DNA from: Amoebophrya sp. A120 | Taxonomy: Eukaryota > Protista > Dinoflagellata | Assembly: GCA_905178155.1 (NCBI GenBank) | Contig: CAJINV010000004.1 | Coordinates: 10,647,655 to 10,711,654, forward strand | DNA length: 64,000 bases | Reading direction: 5' to 3' | In this document: piece after piece, positions 12,801 through 25,200 of the stretch | Layout of the letters: each line of letters opens with the position of its first letter | How positions within the stretch are numbered: the stretch's first letter is position 1 | Translations under genes and position numbers: made by a program | The notes under the pieces: model-generated | The model's input: only the letters and a program-made list of their open reading frames with translations | Told to the model about the DNA's origin: nothing | Database searches by the model: none

Positions 12801-15391
12801 GAGGCGCCAAAAGTTCCCCGACAGAGGAATCTTCGTATCGAGAACAGAAAACTACAACTAGAAAGTCCGAGCCGTTTTCCACGACCCAAGCTGACCCCCA
12901 GTATCGTGCTGGTGAACCGACACAGCACAAAGGCTCAGCTACAAACCGAAGCCGAACGAAGGAAAACCGGAGAGAGCATCCTGGGGAGCAGAAACAGCAG
13001 AACAGAGCGGGAGCGGATGGAGAAGGGAGGGAAGGAAGAACTCCCACTGAGATGAACAAGGAAAAAGGAATCTCCGACCTGGAGTCTTCGGAAGACCGCG
13101 AGGCCGTGCAGACCGAGATCCCCATCGTCGCGCCGATAATCCCGCCCGCGCAGCTGATTGCGAGCAGCCACGAGGCGATCCTTGAGAAGGAGAACCAGCA
13201 GCCTGCGGGGACAGCGAAGTATGCAGCGGGGAGTCGTCGAGGTCGACGTGCACCTAGTACAACAACGGGAATAAAGCAGGAGGAGGGTCGTACACCAACC
13301 AGAAGCGGGACAACGCCTCCCGTGGTAGCACCACCACCGGCACAACCCAAGGAGCCAGCAAGAAAGCCGCCCCCCGAGGAACCGGCACCGCAGGCGAAAA
13401 CGGAGTTGATCGTGAAGGCCACGAGTGCCGGCCCGGTGTTTAAGGAGGCCGCGCCGTTCCGCGTTGCCTTGGACGTCCGCCACGACGCGCTCACCGGGCC
13501 ACTGTTCGGGCGAAAAGACCAGTCGCCAGCAACGCCTGTTTCGATCGGAGGGCGGGGTGGCGGGAGTAAGAGTGCTGGGGGTCTCGGAGGTGCTACGACG
13601 TCTTTATTGCAGACCCTGATCAACACTTGGATCGCGGGGGAGGGGCAGGAGAAAGAGAATGCGAAGATGACCAAGACGTCGCATGAAGAAGTTCTTGACC
13701 CTGCTTTCACTTCTACACACCGCAGCCACTCTGGTGCAGGAACCTCCGGGCGGCGGCCCGTGGCACCTGCTCGGGTGGGGCGCGCCTCCGTGGCCAAGAA
13801 GGCTGTGCAGGAGTACTTCTCTTCCAAGAAGAGAACTGCGAAAAATGGAAACAAGGCGAAGAAAACAACAAAAGAAGAAAATAAAAAATCAGAAGTAACG
13901 ATGATCAACGTGGTCCCCATCGTCCCCGATCCGCCTGTGTTTTTACAGCACCACGACGTAGGAGCAGCTGAGACACGACAAAAACAGACGTCTTCTACTA
14001 GCAGGAGGAGCGACAGCACCAGTGTTGGTCTATTGTCGCATCTGCTGCACCAGCACGACCAGAGAAATTATAAGCACCAGCATGAAGATCATCGGTTCCG
14101 AAGGGAGGAAAACACGGAGCGGACGCTGAGCGGAAGTGAATCTTATCAGGCTTTTTACAGAAGGAAAAATCATCCGCTGAAAATTTCTCAATCTGTCAGC
14201 AGTGCGGAGGCTGTACTGCAGCGCATGAAAACTACTAACCAGCGGAAGAGGAGGACGTCGGAGAAACGGAGAAAGTCTGGTGCCAGAGATTCATCGTTGT
14301 CGTCATCATCGTCTCGTCGGGGAAGGGGAAATGAAGATGAAGATGTCGTTTCAACAAGAACATCGTCACGGGGGAGCGGTGTTTCGTCTCCGCGCGGCGA
14401 GAGTGGTCAACAGCACAACCGCAAGGATAAAAAAGACACCAACGCTGCCACCCCCGGGAGGAGAAAATCAAGGTCACTTCGCGACAGCCCCGAGGAGCCC
14501 AAGACCGCGGTTGCGAAACGGTCGTACCAGACGTGGCAGGAGCTCTTGAAGAAGCAGCGGGACCGAAAGGCCAAGCAGGAACATCAAATCTTGAATGAGT
14601 ACCACAACCACGTTGCCATCGTTCGGGAGAAAACGAAGCAGACCGCCGCGGCGCAGCAGACAGAGCAGCAGAACCTGGAGAAGGAGCAGGAGCAGATCCG
14701 CCAGGAGGAGCTGCAGCAGGCGAAAAAGAAGAAAAAACTCGGGTTCGCGGAGACGCTGTTGGAAATTGGCCTGTTCGGGCAGAAGTTCGCGGTCATCATC
14801 GGATTCCAGACCTCGTACGTGATGGCCATCGAGATGTTCCCCACCAGTGTGCGCGCCACGGGCATGGCGGTGGCGCTGGCCGGGGGGCGCATCGGGGCGA
14901 TTGTCGCACCGTCGCTGTACGAAAAGATCCTGCTCGTGACGAACAGCCCCGCCGCGTTCTTTTTCTTTCTGATCGCGATGCTGGGAATCAACTTTTTCTT
15001 GCTCTTAGTCCTGCCCCTGCGGGAAACGGCAGGAAGGCCGCTGACCGAGACCGACAGCAGCAGCTCCGGGGCCAGCGAGCAGGAGGGACAGGAGGGAACG
15101 ATTGCTGGTGCCCTCGAGTCCTCCGATCCGTACGCGCCGAGGGTGATGCTGCTGGAGTTGCTGCACCCGGGCTACTACGAAAGCAAAATAAATCATGAAG
15201 ATCGACAATTTGTTCCAAGCGGTGACAAGAACGATCAAAACATCGCCGAGAAACCACGAAACGACGATTTTTATCAGAGGCAAAATGGAGGTACGACGGG
15301 GACCAGACCATCCACCCAAGACGAACCTGGTCACTCGCCTCTGCCGCCTCTCGCGCGACAGGCGGTGCCAGAGAAGAAAGGCGATGTGTGA
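9806..15391 (+). CDS. MFS transporter, SVOP/SV2-like (paralog 2)
   Basis: Exons ~9806-10093, 10353-10394, 10722-11107, 11323-12296, 12486-15391. Motifs WLMDGAE, GSVGDSLGRR, LPESPSWL, EMFPTSVRATG and LPLRET; clearly homologous to paralog 1; GT-AG intron at 11108-11322. Confidence 0.9.
10094..10347. mobile_element. Introner, family A
   Basis: TIR present; TSD GCGCG; the join gives DGA|ELILL. Confidence 0.95.
10395..10716. mobile_element. Introner, family B (AAAATCCCCCCTCCCCATAT TIR)
   Basis: TSD CGCAG; the join gives AVAQ|EWQF. Confidence 0.95.
12297..12480. mobile_element. Introner, degenerate TIR
   Basis: TATGCATTTGCAAAAGTATC...GATACTTTGCCTAGGATA; TSD CGCGC; frame restored. Confidence 0.85.
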
Positions 15392-16118
15392 GTTGTACAA
15401 CCGATGGACAAGAAGTTTCAATAGAAGAATACAGTTTTTCTGAACGATTTTTTGAGAATACACAAGACGCCTGATGATGTTTTTTCTGTACAATTAACAA
15501 GTTTCTGAGAATAAAGACGCCGTAGACCACTGTTGATCCAAGATTGGCTGAGAATAAAGACGAAAATAGTACAAAAAGGCCACTGCAGGAGCCACAGGTA
15601 GAAGAAGAACCTTCGTGGGAAAGAATCCATGATGATGGACCCTTCGTACTACGAGATTGTACATGGTTTTGAGCAGCCGGTGAATAAATCACTGCAATTT
15701 TCCTTCGGCAAAGGTACGACCAGGATCAGGTTCAGGTTTCTTCTGGCGCGAAAGGATGAAGAAAATTCTAAAACCCGATCTTCTTCAATAAATCAAGAGA
15801 TCTGCTGGTGGTGGTGATCAGCGAAAGAACAGGAACCTTAAACAAACCAGCCATGTTTTGTAATGTCCTGTTGTGCTTCTACCTCGACCACCGGTTCGGA
15901 TTCGGCGATACTCGTGAAAAACAAAAAAATTCTAGGACAACTAGTACCTGCAAAAAATGTTACGACCTTTACAACTTCCAGGCGACTTTTCTTGCTGTGT
16001 CATTTCGATGAAAAAGATTCGTGCCAACACTGCGCGAACGGGACACTATCCAGCTAGTAAATGAAAGTAGCTAAGTTACTAGACAGACACAGAAAATCAC
16101 GTACAGACCGACGACACA

Positions 16119-18239
16119 ATGGCCTACTCCAAGCGGGCGGGATCAGGCGACGCCGAAGACGACAACTTTTACTGCGAACTGGAACTGTGTCACGCGTCGA
16201 CCACCGCGCCCAACGAAGCCAGGTGCAACTCCGATGGAGATGAGGCCTCCAACGAGCCACACAGCACGAGTGAAAACGAGGCTGACCAACATGGAGGTAC
16301 ACGACCTGAAAGAACGGTGACTGAAGTTGTAGAGTCCTCTGCACGAACAGACGATGATCGTCAAGAAGACCCCTTGAAGCAGCTCCCAACCCTTTTGATC
16401 GGATACAGGAAGTCCGGGTATGCCATCCGGTTTAGTCCGAAAAGGCTAGTGATCACGAAGCGAGACCGGCGCGGGCGGTTGTTGCCAAGAATTGTCGAGT
16501 ATTGCAATGTGAACTTTTCCTCGAAAGCTGCTTTTTCCGATTGTGTCGCGGGTGGGAGTCACGAGAGAAGTTCTTGCAGCAGCAGTACTCGTCCACGGCC
16601 AACAAAGAGAAGTACAGAAGAGGAAACGCCAGCTACTGAGGGAGCCCGCGAACAAGGACCATTTCGCGGAAGTGCTTTCTGCGACTTTGAAAAGGCCTTG
16701 CTTGAGGAGAAGGTGCATGAAAAGAACTACGAAGCGGGAAATGCTGCACCTGGAGATCATGATGCGACACGGCGTCGAGACGGGTGGAACACAGTTGTAG
16801 ACGACGGCGTTCCCCCACCTCGCCCCTGGCTGTACAAACTGGTGCGCGACGGGCCGGACCCGGACAATTTCGGCCTGGATGCGGAGACCTACCCGCACGG
16901 GATCCTCGTCGCGAAACTCGACGAAGACACGGGCGAGTTTTGTCTCAAGGACAGATTGTTCATCCTCTCCGACGACAACCGAGTCGGAATTTTCGGCGAC
17001 TTTTCCCGAGAAGGGAAGTTGGAGCGCGGGAGGTATTGCACGATGGAGGGTTCATCTTGTGCTAGAGAAGATGAAGCAGAAGCTCAAGAACCTCAGGCTC
17101 CTGCTCCTCCGCTCATCGACGTTCTCACGGATTTGCGCCCGCTGTACGAGGAATTTCGCCGGTATGCTGTTCTGACGGAAGAGGAGCGTAGTCGAACTAC
17201 AACGGGGGCTGTGTCTAATTCCAAGTGTTCTTTCCTGTTTGACGCTTTCATCGCCGCGTTTCGACGGAATTTTCGAGACCGGATGGAAGCTTCGCTTTGC
17301 GGTTCGTACAAGAATTTTTATGAAAAAATGAAGGAAAGTTCTTGCCGCGGTGGTCTTCGCGACAAGAATATTAGCGGTGGAGAAATATTATTACCAGGGA
17401 ATAAAGACGGGTGTTTATTAGAATCACAATCCTTGTTCGGTGAGGACCTCACGACCGAAACGAGTCTGGGCCGGTTTCCACTCTTGCCCGACGCTTTTGA
17501 AGAACGAGCGGTTTGCGTCAAAGCGGCTGGATACAGCAAGTTTGACGATAACGATGTGGGTGGACAGCAGGAAGAAGCTAGCACTCCTTCTACGAAAGGC
17601 GAAGGTGCGGCAGATTCGGATGGCGGCAGCACAATGGTGAAAAAGAAGACTAGCCTCAAAAATTACGAAAACAATCCGGACCCTGGCGAGGGGCTATTCG
17701 CAAAGAAGCGGTTCGGCAAGGGCGAGCTGGTCGCTTTCTACAATGGGGTGCGGATCTCGCAGGCGGTGTGTGACGGCAGAGACTGGAAAGAAAACGGGAA
17801 CTGTGTAACTTTGTGGAAAGATGAGAAAGTAGATGCATCTTCATCCGACGGCGCTTCCCATGCGGCAACTTCATCTTCTACGCCAGGTGGCGGTGGCGGT
17901 GGCGTTGTGATCGATATCCCGGTGTCGCACAATCGACTGACCGACTACCGCGCCACCGTGGGGCACAAGGCGAACCACTCCCAGAAAAAGGTGAATGCGC
18001 GATATGGCCCGTACACCGCGCATCCCCGGTTCGGCGACATTGTGTGCATCCGCGCTGTGAAGGCGATTGGGGTGGGGGAGGAAGTGTTCTGCGACTACGG
18101 CTATGTGGAGAACAGCGGAGGAAAGGAAGTGACGAAGGAGAATAAAGCAGCTTCCGAAAAAGGAGAAAAGGTACCCTCACATTGCCGCGAGAAAGATGTC
18201 AACCAGACTGCACCGGACTGGTGGCACCCGGACTTGTGA
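16119..18239 (+). CDS. SET-domain lysine methyltransferase, SETD7/SET9-like
   Basis: GEGLFAKK, FYNGVR, YRATVGHKANHS, HPRFGDIVCIRAVKAI, EEVFCDYGY and terminal APDWW match the SETD7 SET/post-SET pattern. Intronless 706 aa. Confidence 0.85.
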   Translation: MAYSKRAGSGDAEDDNFYCELELCHASTTAPNEARCNSDGDEASNEPHSTSENEADQHGGTRPERTVTEVVESSARTDDDRQEDPLKQLPTLLIGYRKSGYAIRFSPKRLVITKRDRRGRLLPRIVEYCNVNFSSKAAFSDCVAGGSHERSSCSSSTRPRPTKRSTEEETPATEGAREQGPFRGSAFCDFEKALLEEKVHEKNYEAGNAAPGDHDATRRRDGWNTVVDDGVPPPRPWLYKLVRDGPDPDNFGLDAETYPHGILVAKLDEDTGEFCLKDRLFILSDDNRVGIFGDFSREGKLERGRYCTMEGSSCAREDEAEAQEPQAPAPPLIDVLTDLRPLYEEFRRYAVLTEEERSRTTTGAVSNSKCSFLFDAFIAAFRRNFRDRMEASLCGSYKNFYEKMKESSCRGGLRDKNISGGEILLPGNKDGCLLESQSLFGEDLTTETSLGRFPLLPDAFEERAVCVKAAGYSKFDDNDVGGQQEEASTPSTKGEGAADSDGGSTMVKKKTSLKNYENNPDPGEGLFAKKRFGKGELVAFYNGVRISQAVCDGRDWKENGNCVTLWKDEKVDASSSDGASHAATSSSTPGGGGGGVVIDIPVSHNRLTDYRATVGHKANHSQKKVNARYGPYTAHPRFGDIVCIRAVKAIGVGEEVFCDYGYVENSGGKEVTKENKAASEKGEKVPSHCREKDVNQTAPDWWHPDL

Positions 18240-19263
18240 CGTCGCGGGCGGGCCAGCAAGTGGGCAGGACGAGAGCTCCAGTGAAGGGAAAGCACGATGC
18301 TGAACCACAGACGTGGGTCCGGAACTACTTGTAAAGTGAGTAATGAAGAATTTGTGACGACCTCTGAAGATGTCGATGTGTCTAAATCTTCAAGCGACAA
18401 ATAAAGAAATGAACTCAACCGTCACCCGGTGGTCTTGTTTCGAAAAAACTACCCAGTGCGGTAGGAAAAATAACTTTTCACTCCTTGCTGTTCCAAACCC
18501 CAAACCGTCGTCGAAGCAAAGAGAACGTTCGTCGGATCCTTCAAATTCTGATATTGATCATGTGAACGTCCCCTGCTACTCTAGCAGCTTTCATATGTGG
18601 CGGGCACTAGCAGATTTCATATTTGCATATACGATTTTTCGCCGCGGAAATAACAATTGGCCCTTACCGATTCAAAATGAAAAATTGCGTCGATGCAAAA
18701 TTGCAAAAACCAAAAGATCAATACCCCTGCTCCCATGATCTTGTTCTTGAAAACGATATCTGGAAGGTTCGACGATGAAGATGGCAACGTGTGATCCTCT
18801 GCTGAGTAGGGGTCACGACATGGTTCATCTGAAAAAAAAAACTCCCTACTTGTTCGGCTTGTTCGATACCAAAATCTCGTCCAAGACGATTTCCCGCGCT
18901 CGGATGATCAGGAGATGAAATATCACACTCCTCAACATATTTCCGTCCAACTTGTTGCCAATGACAGCAACAGGCAGTGATAGCCGCATTTCTTCTAGTG
19001 AATGAAGAATGTAGTCAGGCGACAACGTTGTTTTCTTCAAAGTTCCAGGCATTGATATAGCCTGCTGAGCATCATTCTTCCTAGATAGAAGAGCTATATC
19101 TATCAACAACTAAGTAGCCTATTTGTTGGGCGTGCTTCGTGTGCAGAAATAGCAACGCAAAATCTTTGCGACCCCTTCCATTGTGCCTTTATCTAATATT
19201 CACAGCCCCACCTTCGACGTTTTGGTTTTCTTTCTCTGCAGTAGAACTGTAGTTCCATACAAG

Positions 19264-22200
19264 ATGAAAGCTCGCCTCTTGTGGATCACTCTGATCTGCC
19301 TATGTCTATCGTCGCAGCAGCTTGGTACGGTCTACTCGTCCAGAGCAGCGCCTAGCACCGCACCGCGCAGGAATCCTGCAAGCCTATCGAAGAGTAGTTC
19401 CAAACCGGCTGTGAAAGAAGTTTTCGGAATCGCGGCGGCGGCCTTCTGTGAGATTGTGCTCGACACCGAAAGCAATCTGCTGAACCGGGTGAAATGGGAA
19501 CTGAATGCAACTTCTGGGGTTGACCCTGACCCAAAGAAGGCCGACGCTCCGTCTGACGCTGAATTTTCTGAAAACAGCTGGTCTGCTGTGCTCTACAAGG
19601 CGGCGTTCGACCTGCGAGGGCTGAACCACGGACCCATTCGTCGGGTCATCAACAGCCTCGAAGAGGTGGTTGCCCCATCGTCGCGGCTGCGAGATGATGA
19701 GCGGAGTACAAAGTTAGAGCGGGATGCGCTTATCTACAGCCGGCTGCAGATTCTGGATGCGTTAGAGGCCTTTCAGGTGCAGCCCGACGTGGTTCATGAG
19801 CAGTTGGCCAAGCGGTGTGCGAAGGAACTGATGTTTCAACAAGTAGAGTTCCTTCCTTCAAAAATACTCGCTAACACGACCCTGTCAATGGCTTTGCAGG
19901 CCAATGGTCAACAGGAAGTGCAGCTTCGGGAGCAAGTAGATCCTCTCACAGCTCATCAACAAAGTAGCGTCATGCACCGCCAGCTACAGGAGCGCTACGA
20001 CTTCGTCTGGCTGTACATGTTTCAAGGCAACCCGGTGCGGCTGGCGATCCGCACCGAGCTGACGAAGCGCTTCGTGGATTCGTCTGACGACCGGGTCGTG
20101 CACTACGAGCTGACGGCCAGCGCGAAGCCGCATTGGGTCGGTTCTGTCTGCGAGGTGGATCAGATTTCGGACACTATCGGACGCGACTATCCGATGGGCA
20201 CCGAGAGCCAGATCGCCAGGACACTGGCAGCGGGGTTACACGAGTCTCAAGAGTTCGCCCGCAGGTCAGCACCAACAGCCGGCCTGGAGATCGGGTCTGG
20301 AAGGTTTTTCCTGCAGTCCAGCAGAGAAGCCGTGGCTTTTTTGTTCGTTCAAAATAACTTCGGATACGGATCTTTGCGCTCATCTGAGGATCATGTCGTC
20401 TCGCCGAGCCACGCTTGCGGCAGCGCCACAGGAGGTATGTCGGAATTTACACCGGAAGAGCTATCGAAGCAGTTTTCGCAGCACCAAGTTGCGCAGGCCT
20501 GTTTGGCGGTGATGCAGCAGCCCACGGAGCAATTCTGCATCGGTCCAACCCATGACCGGAAAAGTGCGGGTCTATCGTCGAAGCAAGATGTGAAAAAGCT
20601 TCCCACCCTGTGCTCCTCCTGTCCTGATTTAGAAGTCAAGGGTGGAGCTGTCAACTTCCCTGCACTGGAGCTAAGCAATGTGGAGCTCCTTCAACTCGCG
20701 ATGCGCGTTGCCGTGCGAAAGCGGAGCGATTTTGTAGCAGAAGTGCGGCGACATCGAGAGCCGAACGCGAAAAACCCGCCATCTCCGCCGTTATTTGACT
20801 TCTTCAGCAAGGCGCTGGCGGAGGTACGCGGGCCTGGCAGTTGGGCAAAGAAGTCGGCGGCGTTGTACAAGACAGATCATATTACACTAGACGATCATGC
20901 GGAGTACAACGACACACCGCCAGTCGCGTCGGAGATCCTTACGGAAATTTGTGGCCCGCTCCTACAACCCTTTGTGAACCTGACCCAAACGCCTGTGAAA
21001 TTGCTAGCAAAAATAAGTGAAAATCGCAGAGGTCTTAGCTGGAACAGCTTCGCCCGGCGCGGGTTGGTCATGCTCCAGGTGTCGCCTGGTCGCGGGGCAG
21101 GCCTAGATTCGCCCACAACTGCGGCTGCGCCGGTAGGTTATCACGAGGAAGGCCCCGAGAACCTCTTGTTCTTTCCCCTGACCGCACTCCGCCACGACGA
21201 CCCATCTTCGACGCCCTCGGCTGTTTTTACTCCTTCCGGAGCGAAATCTCGAATGGAAGTCCGGGTCGGGGGCCTGATTCCAAGCGGACCTTGGGATGAA
21301 ACTGGCACCGAAAAGGAAGAGAAGAACGCAGGCCCACCTAATTACGCAATCTTTTTCGATTTTGAGGAGGTCGAGCCGGAGGACGCAGCAGCGCAGCACG
21401 CCGCCAGGGCGGGGCCCGAAACATCTGCAGGTGCACGGGGAAACCATCAACAGGATCCAAATCGTTTTTCTCCGAGGTCAGCGAGAACGAGAGCGTCGGG
21501 GAATAAAACAACCGCCCGGGTGTATTTTTCTGCCCTTGCCTTTGAGGCCTTGGAAAACCATCACGCACGCAGGGCGAGAGAAGCTAAAGAGAGTTACTTT
21601 GCTTCGTCCGTCGCGAGGCGCAGGGATCCGAGAGACCCGCACGGCTGGGGCGCGAGCGCCCGGAAGCAGATGGGCAGGCCGGTTTCGTTTCCGGACACCA
21701 GGGACACCAAGCCGAACAATTTAGGACAGCGGAAGCTCTTCGAAGGGGCCCTGCTGCCGACGTGGGAGGAGTATGACCTGCTCACCGAAGTGATCGGCCA
21801 GGGGATTGCTTTGCAGGAAGTGATGCTGGCTGCGGGTCGGGGCCAGCTACGTGGCGGCGGGTCTAGTACTTTTGCTCTGTTGAAAAAGCACAAGGAGCTC
21901 GAGGCAGAGACTTTCTTCCTGCTCGGGAAGGATACTGCTGCCGCGTCGACCACGCCGTCAGGCGGCACTGCGGCAGGGGGAGAGGGAATATCGCCTCCTT
22001 CGAGGGTGGAGTCCCGGGACGGACCAATTCGCCGTCGCCGCCAGACGCGGAGCCCGTCCATTCCTTTCTCCCGGAATCATGCCGCCCGACGCAGAAACAG
22101 TAAAGGGCGCAAGAGGACTTCCAGGGCCCCAACTGCAGACGGGGCAACAAGAGCTCCAAGTGCAGAGAGCAGGAACAAAGAAAATGCTAGTTCTGCAAGT

Positions 22201-25200
22201 ATGATTCGACGGGAGCTCCGGGAGGAGATACAGAACGGGTTCACGGCGCTTCACCCCGGCATCGTGGAGACAATGACGCAGCATTTGCAGAGTCTGCCCC
22301 TGTTGCAGCGCTGCGGCGTGCGCATCGACCTGTTCGGGTCCGCGTTGAACGGGTTCGGCACACCGAGCAGTGACCTTGACATCTCGTTCACGCCCACGAA
22401 GCCGTGTTCTTTGAGCACACTGCTGCTCCATGACCTTTTGTCGGAGCCGAAAGACAAAGCGGCCCAAGTCCCCATTGAGTTTCGCTCCAGTCAGACCACC
22501 GTGCGAAAGGACGGGAAACTGGTTTTTGCTCCTGCCACCTCGTCCACGAGAACCAGCAACGCTCGCGGTACTACTAGCCCAACACCCACTTGTACTAGTA
22601 GTGCAGCCCCCTCGGAGCAGCCGCAGTGGTCAACAGCAACCGCACTTGGGGGCGAGGACGAGCGCACGCTTAACAGTGTCGATTTTTCTGACAGCGAGCA
22701 ACGACAGCGGTACAAAAACCGGTTCTGGTTCCTGGAAAACCTCACCCAAGGCTTGTTTCGCACCGACGCGGCGCACACGGGTAACATCCTGGTGCAAGAA
22801 GACGACGTGTTGATGAAGTGGGTGTCCGTGAAACTGAACCGCAATCCCCCAGCACCCGCGCACCAATTTGGAACAACGACTGCTCCTCCGGGCACCAGCA
22901 ACGACGGGTGGGTGCAGGCCAAGGGGACCTTCGCCGTCAAGTCCACCCTGCTGCACACCCTCCCGGAGGAGAAGAGCAAGCGGGAACGGCGGTTGACCAG
23001 TGAGGCGGTCCGAGGACGCGAAGATGTTTATTCCACCGAGGGGGTGGTGCAGGTGGTGGACAAGAACTCAGGTCGTGGTGCAGCGGTTTGGACGTACTTT
23101 ACCGTGGACCTGACCGTGAACAACTTCGCACCGGAGGCACGGCGAAAACGCGACACGCTGCGCCAGATCGCAGTGTCCGACCCGGTGCTCCGGACGGTGG
23201 GCCGCCTGTTCCTCAAGTTCGCCAAGCGCTCCGGCCTCACCGGCACGGCGCACGAATACGGCTTCGAGCGGATGCCTTCCTTCCGCTTCATGCTCATCTT
23301 TCTGCAGTGGGTGGTAAAGGAGAGGTTCTTCGAATTAAGCTTCGTCCGTAGTAAAATCATACCCTCCAGGAGCACCGTCGACGGCGACGTGTCCGTACCG
23401 CAATTCACGGCAAATTTGTCGAAAAACTCCGCTTTTCAGGCGCACTACAAGCAGCTTTCGAAGAAAGAGGGGGAAGTAGCTGAAGCCGACATGATGATCG
23501 CATTTGTGGAAACGTTGTACCGAAAGTTGATAACCTACGTGAACACCACAGTGCTCTCCGTGGTTGACCACCACGCGGGCCCGCGCGACTCGCTCCTCCG
23601 GCCCGAAGATTTCCTGTCGCGGTTCGCGCTGCTGGTGCAGAATCAGCAGATTCAGCAGCCTGTAGTATTTGCGCCGTCGATTCAACCTTTTCCCCCTATG
23701 TACCAGGGGAGAAACCCCTGGGTCGGGGCGTTCGGCGGAACAGGAGTCGTGGGGGCAGCCACGTCGCCGCTGCGCGAGCACAGGAGTGTGCGACTTGCGG
23801 AGGTCAGGCAGTCGCTGTGGTCCTGGGATCCCTGGTTGCCGCCGGACAACCGGACGAGCTTCAAGTATTACAACCCAAAATTGTTTTTCTCCGCCTTCCA
23901 CGACGAAGCCTACCGTTTGGAACAGGCGTACCAGAACGAAACATCGAGTGCAGCTGGTTGTACCGAAGTACCGTCTCCCTCGACCACTGGTGCCGAGTCA
24001 CCGTCGCGGCGGGGGCTGAACCTGTCCGCACCGGTCTTCGTCCCCGGGGCGCCATGTGAAGGAGCTCTCACTTCTGGAGCTTTCGGCCCGGGAGGTGGGT
24101 TCGTCGGTTCCGTCGCCGGAGGAACAGGGGGAGGCGCTTGCGTTGGAAACAGTGGTATCTTTTGTGGAAGTCCGCCGTTAGGTGGGGTCGTGCCCCAGCA
24201 GGGAGGGGCGTCGCCTTCCTCCTTTGCGTTGCCTTCCTCCTTACCACTGCTAGTGCATCAGAGGACTACAACAACAGCTCCCGTACCATCCTCAACCTCA
24301 ACGTCAACGCCACCCACGGGATCTTATATTTATACCGCCCCGGCGCCACATCGACAGAAATCGCGTCCAAGTAGGACGAGCAATAGTTCATTCTCGGGCC
24401 CGGGTCTATTTTTACCCTCATCGCAGCCCCCAGTATACGCCGCACCCAGTGTTGTAGATCTGCCTCCAGCACCCTACATCCCTTCACAGGAGGACAACAG
24501 ACACGGAAAAATATTTGGAACACCAGCAGACGTATTAAGCCCTTGTGATGTAGTTCAACATACTACATCAACTTTTGCTGAGCAGCTCGTGACGGCAAAG
24601 CCACATGATTCGCGACATAATTCGGAGGGCAGTTCTTGTTCTGTGACTACACCCTCAGGTGGCCATAGTCGTTCCTCGCCAGCCACCACCGCGCAAGTGG
24701 CTACGACGGGTGGTGCAGCTGCTTCCTCCTCCACGGCCGCGCCGCTTCCGCTTCCCCCTCCTCGTCGATCCGTAAACAAGCTGCAGAACAGGGCCTACAA
24801 TCCCAAAGCGGATCGACCCCGCACTTGTTCCGAAGATGCTGGAGGTGTTGATGTTGTACCTGCCCCGGAGGTCGCGCCAGCAGCAGAAGCGGAGCAAACA
24901 GAGCGAGAGGCAGGTATTGTAGGGAAGGCTGATGACGGCACGCTCCTGCAAGGCGGTGGAGGTAGTAGAAGCAGTTCTAGAACTAGCATACGGCGCAGAG
25001 CAACATCAAGGCCCGCAGCCACACGGAGGAGCAGGAGCCCGAACAATCGTCCCACCACCAGCGGGAGAACCGAAGAACTGACTCTGGTACAACAACAACA
25101 GTCTCCACCCTGGCCCGCCGCGCAAGAAGTTGTTCACCTAGATGTTGGTAGTCGTCGTCCTTCAGGTGGAACTATTTTTGGGTCTTCACAAGAAGAAGAG

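Noticed and set aside
12529-14019. 496-aa minus-strand ORF
   Set aside because: Antisense shadow of the GC-rich MFS exon; no motif of its own.
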